Counted from the stretch's first letter, positions 49,301-59,830 are shown. The stretch is DNA of 64,000 bases from Sulfurimonadaceae bacterium (GCA_041562555.1 JBFEXS010000001.1:17916-81915); one strand, 5' to 3'. A program made the numbers and translations. Notes: generated by a model not told the origin, from the letters alone.

Positions 49301-49417
49301 AGTGACTCCTGATTAAGAATGGAACCATGATTACATAAGGAGTGTTAGATATGTATTAACAAAGCGTGATAGTATAAGAGGGTTAGGATCGGTTAAGTTG
49401 TGGAAACCAAATAGGAT

Positions 49418-49435
49418 AAGAGCCCTGAGGCTCTT
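49418..49435 (-). terminator. Hairpin downstream of rpsU
   Basis: AAGAGCC-N4-GGCTCTT. Confidence 0.55.
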
Positions 49436-49454
49436 GATCTGTTTTCGCTAGGGA

Positions 49455-49667
49455 TTACAGACGAGATTCATAGCGTCTCATCATATAAAGACGTTTTAGG
49501 ATCTTTTTACGAGTGCTAATTTTCTCTTTTTTGCGCTTTTCTGTTTCTGTTTCGTGGAAACGTCTAGCACGCGCTTCAGTAACAATCAGATTTCTATCTG
49601 TTTGTTTTTTGAAACGGCGGTACGCAGCGTCGAAGTGATCATCAGATTTTAAGATAACACCAGGCAT
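49455..49667 (-). CDS. rpsU: 30S ribosomal protein S21
   Basis: MPGV...[16 protein letters not shown]...RRYESRL; TGcTATAAT promoter upstream. Confidence 0.95.
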   Translation of the reverse strand: MPGVILKSDDHFDAAYRRFKKQTDRNLIVTEARARRFHETETEKRKKEKISTRKKILKRLYMMRRYESRL

Positions 49668-49720
49668 TGCATTCACCTTCTTTCTCTAATTATTATTAGG
49701 GCCGAATTATAGCATAAACT

Positions 49721-49990
49721 TCAAGAACCTTCAATGAGTTCAAGCTTTTTAACCCGTGAAAGTTTTTTTATGGCATATTCACGTTTGGAAGCCAGGCTTC
49801 TGTTAGGGTGCTTTTCGGTATAGAGGAGTTGGACAGGACGCCGTATGCGAGTGTACTTGGCACCTTTGTCAGAGGTGTTATGTTCCAAGAGTCGCTTCTG
49901 AACATCTTTGGCGATCCCGGTATAAAGAGATTGGTCGTTACACTCGAGTATATACACAAAATAGGATGTATCGGTTTGTGATGAAGCCAT
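49721..49990 (-). CDS. GIY-YIG nuclease family protein (UPF0213)
   Basis: FVYILEC...LYTGI...RL.EHN...GAKYT, RE..IKKL. Confidence 0.92.
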   Translation of the reverse strand: MASSQTDTSYFVYILECNDQSLYTGIAKDVQKRLLEHNTSDKGAKYTRIRRPVQLLYTEKHPNRSLASKREYAIKKLSRVKKLELIEGS

Positions 49991-51108
49991 TATAGGTACT
50001 CTTTAATACAGTTTCGACCGGAGTCTTTCGCTAAGTATAATGCTTTGTCGGCACGCTTGAGGATGCTAGAGGGTGTGTCACCGGCGATTGAATGTGCTAC
50101 GCCAAAACTGCAGGTAAGACCCTGTATATTAGAAAACTGATGCCCCTCAATAGTAGAACGTAGCTTTTCAACGAATCCCAGTACCTTATGGGGATCACTT
50201 TCTGTATTGATAATAATAAACTCCTCTCCACCCCATCGTCCAAGAGTGTCGGTCTTGCGTATGTTGTCTGATAAAAGTCTTGCGACCGATTTTAAAACAT
50301 CATCACCTACCTGATGTCCATACGTATCATTGATTGACTTGAAGTAGTCAATATCGATCATAACCAATGAAAACGAACTTGCATAGCGCTGTGATTTATC
50401 GAGTTCGTTCTTTAACCTTTTATCTATCTCTCTGCGATTAAAAAGAGAGGTGAGCTGATCAGTAATAGAGAGTTCTTCAAGTTCTTTTGTCCGTTGTTTC
50501 ACAAGAGATTTAAGGTTTGATTCACGACAGGTTGCCAATCTCATTACAGGAAAAATAATAAAGATTGCCTCCAAAAAAAGTGTTATGAGTATGCCCATCA
50601 AGATAAAAGCTTCTCTCTCCATGAGTTGATAGGTATTGTTGTTTGACTCTGTTTCATAACTGGATACGGCTTCATCCAATAAAGGCAGTAAGGCAAAGGA
50701 AGCAGTCTGGATCTTCTCAAGCAGTGATGCTCCAGGCTCGTTAATAAAATCAGAAACCAGTTTCAAATAGTGGCTTACCTTGTTATCTAGATCATACTCT
50801 TTACTGTAATAAATCGTGTCAATCGCATCGAAGTGTATTTTGTTATGAATAAGATCCTGATGAGCCTGCTTCATTGCTTGGTAAAGCGATTCAAGATGTT
50901 GTTTCGTGCTCTGGTCTTTTTCTTTGTCATAGCGCATGCACATAAGAGCAATCTGCTGTGAAAGCATACGTTGTTTACCGCTTATATTGATGAGACGTGC
51001 ATATTGACTTTGACTTTGGATGATCTCTGTCGTAGTGATATAAGCAAATATCGCCCATCCTATGATACTGCCAAAGAGAATAATATAGATAAATTTTATA
51101 TTTTTCAT
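49990..51108 (-). CDS. Membrane diguanylate cyclase with NarX/PilJ-type sensor domain
   Basis: 2 TM; INISGKQRMLSQ; DIDYFK.IND.YGH, RKTD, RWGGEEF. Confidence 0.92.
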   Translation of the reverse strand: MKNIKFIYIILFGSIIGWAIFAYITTTEIIQSQSQYARLINISGKQRMLSQQIALMCMRYDKEKDQSTKQHLESLYQAMKQAHQDLIHNKIHFDAIDTIYYSKEYDLDNKVSHYLKLVSDFINEPGASLLEKIQTASFALLPLLDEAVSSYETESNNNTYQLMEREAFILMGILITLFLEAIFIIFPVMRLATCRESNLKSLVKQRTKELEELSITDQLTSLFNRREIDKRLKNELDKSQRYASSFSLVMIDIDYFKSINDTYGHQVGDDVLKSVARLLSDNIRKTDTLGRWGGEEFIIINTESDPHKVLGFVEKLRSTIEGHQFSNIQGLTCSFGVAHSIAGDTPSSILKRADKALYLAKDSGRNCIKEYL

Positions 51109-51226
51109 TATATATTGCCTGATCGTTAATAAAACATACTATCTAAAAAGTGTTGAAATCCAAAATAGTTCTAAATGTGTAAAGAAAGTAGTTGAAGTAG
51201 TATAAGGTTCAGTCGTAAATCGGAAA

Positions 51227-51258
51227 GAACCATTATATAATAAACTATATAATGGTTC
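51227..51258 (-). terminator. Perfect 13-bp inverted repeat after adk
   Basis: GAACCATTATATA-ataaac-TATATAATGGTTC. Confidence 0.6.
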
Positions 51259-51269
51259 ACATGATTAAC

Positions 51270-51851
51270 TTACAGGTAGTTGTTGATGTGTATTTGCATG
51301 TGTGAAACAACTTCTTCAATGGAAGCTTCACCGCTTATTTCCGTCAACAAGTTTTGATGCTTGTAAAAAGTTTGAATCTCTGCAAGTGGTTCTGTGTATA
51401 CTTTCATACGATTGTTGAACACTTCCGTATTGTCATCTGCACCACGGGCACGACCGAGAACTCTGTCTCTGGCGGTCTCTTCACTTACCTTGACTTCAAT
51501 AACTGAGACAAGTTGGATATTGGTCTCTTTGTGCAAATAAGTATCCAGAGCATCCATCTGTTCAAGGGACCTTGGATAACCGTCTATGATGATCATGTCT
51601 TTTTGACTCGCTTTTATTGCAGAGATAATCGTCTCAATAGCGATCTCAATCGGGACAATGTTTCCTTTGGAGATAAAACTTTCAATGATCTTTCCACGTT
51701 CAGACCCTGAGGTAACTTCTTCACGCAGTAAGTCTCCGGTAGAGTAATGTTCAATAGTGTCCGGGTTCTGTTTGGCTATGAGTTCAGCATCTGTTGTTTT
51801 TCCTGAGCCCGGAGCACCGATAATAAGTATAAGTTTTTTATCTGCCGACAT
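51270..51851 (-). CDS. adk: Adenylate kinase (short LID)
   Basis: [27 protein letters not shown]. Confidence 0.96.
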   Translation of the reverse strand: MSADKKLILIIGAPGSGKTTDAELIAKQNPDTIEHYSTGDLLREEVTSGSERGKIIESFISKGNIVPIEIAIETIISAIKASQKDMIIIDGYPRSLEQMDALDTYLHKETNIQLVSVIEVKVSEETARDRVLGRARGADDNTEVFNNRMKVYTEPLAEIQTFYKHQNLLTEISGEASIEEVVSHMQIHINNYL

Positions 51852-51855
51852 GTGT

Positions 51856-53619
51856 TTACGCGTCTTTCTTCGCTGTTTCTCTTAAACGTATATGTAAGTC
51901 TCGCAGCTGAGTGTTGTCAACCGGACTTGGCGCATCTGTCAATAGACATGAGGCTTTTTGAGTTTTCGGGAAAGCGATAACATCACGGATAGAATCTTGT
52001 TTAGTCAACAGCATGATAAGGCGGTCAAACCCAATCGCAAAACCACCGTGTGGAGGAGCACCGAACTTCAGCGCATCAAGCAAGAAGCCGAATTTAGACT
52101 GTGCTTCTTCCTCTTCAATTCCCATAAGTTCAAATACTTTTGATTGTATCTCTTCTTTATGAATACGGATTGAACCACCACCAAGTTCTGTACCGTTAAG
52201 AACGATGTCATATGCAATCGATTCAATATCCTCAATATGGTCTTTGTCCATATCTGCAGGCATTGTAAACGGGTGATGCAGGGCTTTGACGCGTCCATCT
52301 TCGATTTCAAACATCGGAAAATCGACAACCCATGTAAATGCGAATTCATCAGGGTTGATAATATCCATCTTTTCATGCTGAGCTAAGAAAATACGGAAAC
52401 GTCCCATATAGTCCCAAACCACTTTTTTCTCACCGGCGCCAAAGAAAACGACATCTCCAACTTCTAGTTCACAACGTTCAACCAGAGCATCAATCTCGGT
52501 TTGTGCAAAGAACTTGGTCAACGGTCCTTTAAGACCATCATCTTTCATTTGGAAATATCCAAGCCCGGCAGCACCGAATTTACGCACATAGTCTTCAAAG
52601 CTTTTCATCTCACGCTTGGAGAAGATCGTATCGCCCTGAGGAACTTTCAATGCTTTAATACGATGTGTTTTTGGTTGAGAAGCGATTTTTGTGAAAATTT
52701 CATTATCACATTTTTCAAAGATATCGATAACATCGACCATTTCAAGACCGTAACGCAAATCCGGTTTGTCTGAACCATATTTTTCCATAGCGTTTGAGTG
52801 CGTCATACGTGGGAAAGGCGTCTGTACTTCAACGCCACATGCATTAAACATGTCTTTGAGCAGCTTTTCTGCAGTCGCGATCACATCTTCTTGATCACAA
52901 AAACTCATCTCAACATCTATTTGCGTGAATTCAGGCTGGCGATCTGCACGCAGGTCCTCGTCTCTGAAACAGCGAGCAATCTGGAAGTATTTATCAAAGC
53001 CACCGACCATAAGGAGTTGTTTGAACAATTGAGGAGATTGTGGCAGGGCATAGAACTCACCTTCGTGTACGCGTGAAGGTACGAGATAATCACGTGCACC
53101 TTCCGGAGTTGATTTTGTCAGGATAGGTGTCTCAACTTCCAAGAATCCAAGCTCATCCAAAGAGTTGCGTGCTGCAATAGCTGCTTTTGAACGCAAGCGG
53201 AAGGTCTCATATGTTTTTGTGTTCCTGAGTTCAAGATAACGGTAGCGAAGTTTAGTCTCTTCACCTACTTTGTCATCACCGATCACAAACGGAACAGGTT
53301 CAGAACGGTTCTCGATGATAAGTTCGTCAACAACGAGTTCTATCGTTCCTGTTTTAAGACGAGGGTTCGTAAGGCCTTCACCACGAGCACGTACTTTACC
53401 TTTTGCGATAAGTACAAATTCATCACGTACACTGTCAGCAACTGTGTGTGCTTCTTTGGAATCAGCAGGATCACATGTAAGTTGAAGTAGACCACTGTTG
53501 TCTCTAAGGTCTATAAAAATAATACCTCCATGATCTCTATGGCTATTTGCCCAACCTGCAACTGTAACTTCTTGTCCAATATGGCTTTCGTTTAAATCTG
53601 TACAATAATGCGTTCGCAT
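51856..53619 (-). CDS. aspS: Aspartate--tRNA ligase
   Basis: [37 protein letters not shown]. Confidence 0.98.
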   Translation of the reverse strand: MRTHYCTDLNESHIGQEVTVAGWANSHRDHGGIIFIDLRDNSGLLQLTCDPADSKEAHTVADSVRDEFVLIAKGKVRARGEGLTNPRLKTGTIELVVDELIIENRSEPVPFVIGDDKVGEETKLRYRYLELRNTKTYETFRLRSKAAIAARNSLDELGFLEVETPILTKSTPEGARDYLVPSRVHEGEFYALPQSPQLFKQLLMVGGFDKYFQIARCFRDEDLRADRQPEFTQIDVEMSFCDQEDVIATAEKLLKDMFNACGVEVQTPFPRMTHSNAMEKYGSDKPDLRYGLEMVDVIDIFEKCDNEIFTKIASQPKTHRIKALKVPQGDTIFSKREMKSFEDYVRKFGAAGLGYFQMKDDGLKGPLTKFFAQTEIDALVERCELEVGDVVFFGAGEKKVVWDYMGRFRIFLAQHEKMDIINPDEFAFTWVVDFPMFEIEDGRVKALHHPFTMPADMDKDHIEDIESIAYDIVLNGTELGGGSIRIHKEEIQSKVFELMGIEEEEAQSKFGFLLDALKFGAPPHGGFAIGFDRLIMLLTKQDSIRDVIAFPKTQKASCLLTDAPSPVDNTQLRDLHIRLRETAKKDA

Positions 53620-53822
53620 GTTTACCCTATAGTTGAGATTTTAAGATTGCAATAATCTGAAATATCTACATTAAAATTTTTCGTGATTTTAGCTGAAACA
53701 AGCTTATAAGCCTATAATATATGATCAAAATAAATCGATTCTTTATGCCTGGAATGGCATGGGAGTTTTTAAGTCTTCTGTCTATATACTTACCGAATTA
53801 TAAAGTGCGAAAGAAGTTTGAA

Positions 53823-54164
53823 ATGATGAAACAAATCGATATGAGTTCACCGGAATTTCTGGCTGAAATGGAAAAAACTAAAAAATTTACGGATAAAATC
53901 AACAAGCAATTCGGGTATGTATATAACCCGAATGAAGATGTGAACGAGGGTGTCACGATGGGATTGGCCCGTCATAAAATCCTGTATGGCAAACGTTTTT
54001 GTCCATGTTTTATGGTGGAAGAGACAGAAGATGGCAGATTTAAAAGTGCGGATGATAGAGTTTGCCCTTGTACGCCGGCTATTGAAAAAGAGATACCGGA
54101 ACTTGGAAAATGCCATTGCGGGATCTTCTGTACTCCTGAGTACGCAGCCAATAACGACCAATAG
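53823..54164 (+). CDS. Ferredoxin:thioredoxin reductase catalytic-subunit family protein
   Basis: CPC...CPC...CHC motifs; start set to MMKQID. Confidence 0.88.
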   Translation: MMKQIDMSSPEFLAEMEKTKKFTDKINKQFGYVYNPNEDVNEGVTMGLARHKILYGKRFCPCFMVEETEDGRFKSADDRVCPCTPAIEKEIPELGKCHCGIFCTPEYAANNDQ

Positions 54165-54303
54165 GTTTCTTCTTCAAAATTATCAAAACAGAAGAAAACT
54201 TTGCTTTTTGCCAAAACTTATATGACAAAATGACATCATTTTGTCGTGTACATTTACTTTCAGCTATAATATTCCTAATAAATGATTCAATAATAGAGAA
54301 GAT

Positions 54304-55176
54304 ATGACAAATAATACGATTGAGAAAATGAAAGAGATCAAAAAAGTCGGTGTTGTTCTGCGACCATCATCTCCTGAGATCAAAGAACAGTTTCTTGCGG
54401 TGAAGAAAAATTTCGAGAAATATGACATCGAAGTCATCTTAGACAATAACAGTGCACAAATGCTTGGACTGATGGGCCAGGAGTTTGAAATCCTGTGCGA
54501 AAATGTGGATGTTTTAGTGACCCTTGGGGGTGATGGTACATTAATATCTGCAGTTAGACGCTCACATGAATTTGATATTCCTGTTTTTGGAATACATGCG
54601 GGTAAACTGGGTTTTTTGGCGGATGTTGATCTGGCAGAATTGGATGAGTTCATTCAAAAGCTTGTCTCAGGAAATTATCGTATTGACACGCGTGCAGTAC
54701 TAAGGGCAGAGATCACCACAAAAGAGGGCACAAAAAAACTTGTTGCCTTTAACGATATTGTCTTGACACGTTCGTCTATATCCAAGATGATTCATCTGGA
54801 TACCTTTGTTGATGAAAAACCTTTTAACACATATTACGGAGACGGTGTTATCGTATCAACTCCAACGGGCTCTACTGCCTACAACCTCTCTGCCGGTGGA
54901 CCGGTGCTCTTTCCTTTGACGCAGGTCTTCGCACTAACACCTATCTCGCCACACTCATTGACGCAACGGCCGGTGGTATTACCTGGACATTTTGCGATTG
55001 AAGTGAAGACGCCGGATCCTTCCGCTGTGGTTGTTGTTGACGGCCAGGATATGTATGATTTTGGGTTTGGAGACGTTATCAAGATCAGACTCTCAGGCAA
55101 ACCGGCGCAATTGATTCATAGGGAAGAGTTTAATTATTTTGAAGTGCTAAAAGAGAAATTGAGCTGGGGTGAATAA
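54304..55176 (+). CDS. nadK: NAD(+) kinase
   Basis: GGDGT, GKLGFL, ND, DG.IVSTPTGSTAYNLSAGGP. Confidence 0.96.
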   Translation: MTNNTIEKMKEIKKVGVVLRPSSPEIKEQFLAVKKNFEKYDIEVILDNNSAQMLGLMGQEFEILCENVDVLVTLGGDGTLISAVRRSHEFDIPVFGIHAGKLGFLADVDLAELDEFIQKLVSGNYRIDTRAVLRAEITTKEGTKKLVAFNDIVLTRSSISKMIHLDTFVDEKPFNTYYGDGVIVSTPTGSTAYNLSAGGPVLFPLTQVFALTPISPHSLTQRPVVLPGHFAIEVKTPDPSAVVVVDGQDMYDFGFGDVIKIRLSGKPAQLIHREEFNYFEVLKEKLSWGE

Positions 55177-56709
55177 GTGATAGAGCGATTTTATCTTCGG
55201 GATTTTTTATCGTTTAAAGAAGCAGAACTTGAGTTTAAAAAAGGTTTGGTCGTTTTTACAGGTCCAAGTGGAAGTGGGAAATCGATTTTGATGAGTTCTA
55301 TTTTGGCGTCATTGGGGCTTGATGAAGCAAAGGCAGGACTAAGTGAAGCGACGGTTAATTTTCCTATTGCTCTTGATGATATAGGAATCGAAAAAGACGA
55401 TTTCACTGTCTTCAAGCAGATCAAAAAAGACAAGGTGCGACATTTTATCAACAATCAAACAATCTCAAAAAAAGTGCTTTTAAACCTTTCGAGTACTTTT
55501 GTACGCCATCTTAGCCTGCGTGACTACAGTGACTTTAAAAATGAAAATCTTTTAGAGATGATTGATGGTTTTGCTTTGGATATTCAAAAGCAGCACACAA
55601 GAAGGCTTCAGGATTATCAGGAAAAGTTCAATCGCTTGCATGCGCTTAAGAAAGAGTTGTCTAAAATCTTGGAGGATGAAAAAAAATTGCTTGAACTAAG
55701 AGAGTTCGCGGAGTTTGAAATTTCCAAGATTGATGCGATTTCACCTCTTCCGGGCGAAGATGAAGAGCTTATGCAGATCAAAAAAGAACTCTCTAAAAAA
55801 GAAAAAATCGAAGAAGCAGTGAGCAGTGCGGAAGAGATCTATAATTTGGAAAGCAATGTAAGCTCTGCACTTAACCTTCTGGATGTTGACACATCGTTCT
55901 TTGATGATGCAATGAACGAATTAAGGGCCTGTTTTGAGGCATCGCGAGATAGGTTGAGTGAACTTGAAGAGTGCGATATAGAAGAGGTATTGACACGTAT
56001 TGAACAGATTTCCGAGCTAAAGCATCGATATGGAAGTATTGATGAGGCTATTGTATACAGAGAGCAAAAGTCAAAAGAACTGCAGGAGTATAATACGATT
56101 GATTTACGTAAAGAAAAGCTTGGTGATGAGATAAAACAGCTGGAAGAAGATGTCGTTTCTGATGCAGCTCACATTAGTCATGTCCGCTTAAAAGCTTTGA
56201 AAAATATCGTCGGTGCTTTTAATGATTTCTTGAAACAGCTCTATCTGCGACCTGCTTCAATTAATCTGGTTAAAGACGAGTTGACTCTATTGGGACAGGA
56301 CCGGGTGGAGATCGAGCTTAACGGGGCTACTTTGGAAAAAGTTTCAGCCGGTGAATTTAATCGTCTGCGTCTGGCACTATTGGCTGTTAAGAGCTTAAAA
56401 GACAACGAGGGCGGTATTTTAATGCTTGACGAGATCGATGCCAACCTTAGCGGTGAAGAGTCCATGTCTGTTGCGCGAGTATTGTCACATTTGGCAAAAG
56501 ATTACCAGATATTTGTTATCTCACATCAACCTCAATTGACTTCTCAAGCAGACCAGCATTTTTTTGTCAACAGAGACAAGCACAGCAGTGTAAAGGTACT
56601 TGAAGATGAGGAGCGGGTCAATGAGATAGCACGTATGATAAGCGGGGACACCATAACTGACGAAGCAATAAACTTTGCACGGGGCTTATTGACAAGCGAA
56701 TGTGCATAA
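55177..56709 (+). CDS. recN: DNA repair protein RecN
   Basis: TGPSGSGKS, coiled coil, SAGE signature, LDEIDA, ISHQPQ, EIARMISG; follows nadK. Confidence 0.92.
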   Translation: MIERFYLRDFLSFKEAELEFKKGLVVFTGPSGSGKSILMSSILASLGLDEAKAGLSEATVNFPIALDDIGIEKDDFTVFKQIKKDKVRHFINNQTISKKVLLNLSSTFVRHLSLRDYSDFKNENLLEMIDGFALDIQKQHTRRLQDYQEKFNRLHALKKELSKILEDEKKLLELREFAEFEISKIDAISPLPGEDEELMQIKKELSKKEKIEEAVSSAEEIYNLESNVSSALNLLDVDTSFFDDAMNELRACFEASRDRLSELEECDIEEVLTRIEQISELKHRYGSIDEAIVYREQKSKELQEYNTIDLRKEKLGDEIKQLEEDVVSDAAHISHVRLKALKNIVGAFNDFLKQLYLRPASINLVKDELTLLGQDRVEIELNGATLEKVSAGEFNRLRLALLAVKSLKDNEGGILMLDEIDANLSGEESMSVARVLSHLAKDYQIFVISHQPQLTSQADQHFFVNRDKHSSVKVLEDEERVNEIARMISGDTITDEAINFARGLLTSECA

Positions 56710-56879
56710 TAGTTGCTGTTCTACTCGTTGCTTTGGCTGTCAATTTTTTCCTAAACGGCTTTATATTACAGGCTGTTTTGACGGGACTGCTTTCCCTGGT
56801 GCTTATACTGTTTATGATTAAAAATCTTGGTTGTACCAATACCTCGTGCCAACGAGACAAAAACGAGAGAGATGCATAG
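56700..56879 (+). CDS. 59-aa two-TM hypothetical protein (absent from ORF track)
   Basis: Own translation MCIIVAVLLVALAVNFFLNGFILQAVLTGLLSLVLILFMIKNLGCTNTSCQRDKNERDA; overlaps the recN stop and fills the gap. Confidence 0.65.
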   Translation: MCIIVAVLLVALAVNFFLNGFILQAVLTGLLSLVLILFMIKNLGCTNTSCQRDKNERDA

Positions 56880-56931
56880 TTGAAGTTCCGAAAAAAGTGA
56901 ATATGCGTTCAGAATTCGTTACAATGCGATT

Positions 56932-57705
56932 ATGATTATAGATACCCATATCCATTTAGATAATGCACAGTATGCAGACGACGTCGAAGAAGTTATTCAA
57001 AGAGCGCGTGAAGCTGGTGTTAAAAGATTTGTTATTCCCGGGGCTGACCCAAAAGACCTGCCTAGAGCACTGGCCCTCTCACATAAGCATGATGATGTCT
57101 ATTTCGCTGTAGGAATGCATCCGTATGATATCAAGAACTATAATGAGTCTATTATCAGAGAATATGCTCAGGATGAAAAATGTGTGGCCATAGGTGAGTG
57201 CGGTCTGGACTACTTTAGACTTCCTGAAGATCCGGTAGAGAAGGCACATGTGGTTTCTGAACAGAAGCGAGTTTTCAAAGAGCATATACGTTTGGCCAAG
57301 GAGTTGAAAAAACCCTTGATTGTTCATATACGCGATGCCAGCCACGATGCGAGAGTTATCATGGAAGATGAAGATGCACAGGGTGGTGTATTACACTGTT
57401 TTAATGCTGATGAAGAACTTTTGCTCCTTTCAAAGCGAAATTTTTATTATGGTATAGGCGGTGTGCTTACCTTTAAGAATGCACGTAAACTCGTCAATGT
57501 GTTACCAAAGGTTCCATTAGACAAATTACTGATAGAGACAGATGGTCCTTATTTGACTCCGCATCCATACAGAGGTCAACGTAACGAGCCCCGTTATACA
57601 ACTGTTGTGGCGGACAAGATCGCTGAGCTTTTAGATATCTCCAGGCAGGAAATAGAGCGATTGACAACACAGAATGCACGCGATCTTTTTGGCATTAATA
57701 TTTAA
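56932..57705 (+). CDS. tatD: TatD family DNase
   Basis: IDTHIH, GMHP, IGECGLDY, VHIRDA, LHCF, ETDGPY. Confidence 0.95.
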   Translation: MIIDTHIHLDNAQYADDVEEVIQRAREAGVKRFVIPGADPKDLPRALALSHKHDDVYFAVGMHPYDIKNYNESIIREYAQDEKCVAIGECGLDYFRLPEDPVEKAHVVSEQKRVFKEHIRLAKELKKPLIVHIRDASHDARVIMEDEDAQGGVLHCFNADEELLLLSKRNFYYGIGGVLTFKNARKLVNVLPKVPLDKLLIETDGPYLTPHPYRGQRNEPRYTTVVADKIAELLDISRQEIERLTTQNARDLFGINI

Positions 57706-57828
57706 TAATATGAGTTCTTTTCCTTCTTTGTAAAACTGCCTTAATAATAAAACAACAGCTGCTTTGTTAAAATATAGGTTCAAATTATAAGACGGTCCTT
57801 CTTGCATGAACCGTTTTTCGAGGTGCCT

Positions 57829-59049
57829 TTGAAGTCAGTTGTTTTAATATTTTTTATCTTTTCATCCTCTGTGTTTGCTACGCTTAATTTTGAATCCAAC
57901 CATGCGAAAGAGTTGAGATTGCTCCGAAGTTTTGATATCCCGGCATCTTTTTTAAATGATCCAGAACTCAATATGATAAAAGAACAGAAGCGTGCACGAT
58001 ACAAGAATAAATATTTTTTTAAAACGATGAATGATGCTTATATATTCATCCCGATGGTGAAGAAAATCATTGCGGATTCAGAGGTGCCGAGTGAAATCCT
58101 CTATCTTGCAATGGCTGAATCAAACTTTTCCACCCGAGCATATTCAAAGAAGAAGGCCTCAGGCATGTGGCAGTTTATGCCCTATACAGGCCGGATTTAC
58201 GGATTGAAAGTTGATGACTATGTTGATGAGAGACGGGATCTCGTCAAGTCGACAAAGGCGGCTGTCCGTTTTTTAGAAGCGCTGCATACAAAATTTGGAA
58301 AATGGTATCTGGCAGCTATTGCATATAATTGCGGTGAAGGAAGGCTGTCTAGGGCTATCAAGAAAGCAGGTACGGATGATCTGAACGTACTGCTTGATCC
58401 AAAGCGTAAATATATACCAGCAGAAAGCCGCCGTTATATTCGTAAAATCATTGCTTTGGCTTTGATAGGTTACGATGAAACCTATATGATCGATAACGAG
58501 TGTGACTATTTGCTTAACCGGGGAAATGCCTACTCTTTGGCTACAGTGGACGTTCCTGCAGGTGAAAGTATAGACCGTGTCGCCAAACTTATCTCCATGC
58601 CGAGTCAAGAATTAAAAAAGCTCAATCGTCATTTGAAGTATGATTTTGTCCCTCCTTATGGCAAGAGCTATCCGATATATATTCCTTATATTAAACTGTC
58701 CGAATTCAAAACCAAGTACAAGCCAGCCGAATTGCAAACAGTCTATCTTGTACATACCGTGAGTTCGGGAGACAACCTTTCCTATCTTGGCAAGAAATAC
58801 GGAATACCATACAGAAGAATCAGTGATTTCAACAAACTCAAGTCGGATCGTCTCTCTTTGAAACAAAGACTCATCATCCCTGTCAGTAAAGGGTATGTCC
58901 CTAGATCAGAGCGTTCTTATACTGTGAAGAGCGGAGATACCTTGGAGTCTATCTCCAAGTACTTCAAAGTCTCTATTGGCGATCTTAAACGACGCAATCA
59001 TCTGCATTCTGATATGATTAAAATAGGAGAAACGCTTAGTGTTCACTAG
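57829..59049 (+). CDS. mltD: Lytic murein transglycosylase with LysM domains (MltD-like)
   Basis: AMAES, ASGMWQF, AYNCGEG, LysM repeats; TTG start after GAGG. Confidence 0.9.
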   Translation: MKSVVLIFFIFSSSVFATLNFESNHAKELRLLRSFDIPASFLNDPELNMIKEQKRARYKNKYFFKTMNDAYIFIPMVKKIIADSEVPSEILYLAMAESNFSTRAYSKKKASGMWQFMPYTGRIYGLKVDDYVDERRDLVKSTKAAVRFLEALHTKFGKWYLAAIAYNCGEGRLSRAIKKAGTDDLNVLLDPKRKYIPAESRRYIRKIIALALIGYDETYMIDNECDYLLNRGNAYSLATVDVPAGESIDRVAKLISMPSQELKKLNRHLKYDFVPPYGKSYPIYIPYIKLSEFKTKYKPAELQTVYLVHTVSSGDNLSYLGKKYGIPYRRISDFNKLKSDRLSLKQRLIIPVSKGYVPRSERSYTVKSGDTLESISKYFKVSIGDLKRRNHLHSDMIKIGETLSVH

Positions 59050-59821
59050 GACTCTTTTGTTAGCCGTTTCAATTGCATTGTTTTTTGATGGGTGTAGCCG
59101 CCGGCCTATTGACAGGACAAAGGCTGAATATCGTGCTCCGGTCGCCAATGCTTCCGTGCCAAGTAATCTTAAGCACCCGACAATGCGCCCCTATACGGTA
59201 ATGGGAAAACGTTATTATCCGTCTGTCGTAAGAGTCGGGGAAGAACTTCACGGCCGTGCCTCGTGGTATGGACCCAACTTCCATGGAAAGAAGACTTCTA
59301 ATGGTGAGACCTACAGTATGTGGCAGATGACGGCTGCACATAAGACGCTACCTATGAACACCGTAGTTCGGGTGACGAATAAAAAAAATGGACGATCTGT
59401 CGTAGTACGGGTGAACGATCGAGGTCCTTTTGTGAACTCACGTATCATTGACCTGTCAAAGAAAGCTGCTTCCGAGCTTGATATGATCAAGTCCGGAACC
59501 GCCCCTGTAAAACTGGAAATCTTGGGCTTCAATAAAAAAGGTGAGACCAAAATCACCAAAACATCGATCCAAAAAGATCTCAAAGAGAAAGTGATGGGCA
59601 AATATGTCCTACAAATAGGTTCTTTTAGTAAAATTGAGGGTGCAATTACTACACAAGAACGCTATAATAACGCATCTGGTCGATATAAGACGGTTATTAA
59701 AGATATTGATGATGGAGAACGGCGTCTTTTCAAGGTTCTGCTAACAGGATTTCAAGGGGAAGAAGAGGCACGCGATTATAAGGCAAAGAACTTTTCAAGT
59801 GCGTTTGTCGTAAGAGAGTAA
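59039..59821 (+). CDS. rlpA: Septal ring lytic transglycosylase RlpA (DPBB + SPOR)
   Basis: Lipobox, GRASWYG, TAAHKTLP, VNDRGPF, LQIGSF. Confidence 0.95.
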   Translation: MFTRTLLLAVSIALFFDGCSRRPIDRTKAEYRAPVANASVPSNLKHPTMRPYTVMGKRYYPSVVRVGEELHGRASWYGPNFHGKKTSNGETYSMWQMTAAHKTLPMNTVVRVTNKKNGRSVVVRVNDRGPFVNSRIIDLSKKAASELDMIKSGTAPVKLEILGFNKKGETKITKTSIQKDLKEKVMGKYVLQIGSFSKIEGAITTQERYNNASGRYKTVIKDIDDGERRLFKVLLTGFQGEEEARDYKAKNFSSAFVVRE

Positions 59822-59830
59822 GGATATTCA

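Noticed and set aside
49721..49990. GIY-YIG gene as a homing endonuclease or mobile element
   Set aside because: Size and motifs fit the common chromosomal UPF0213 family; no intron or terminal repeats
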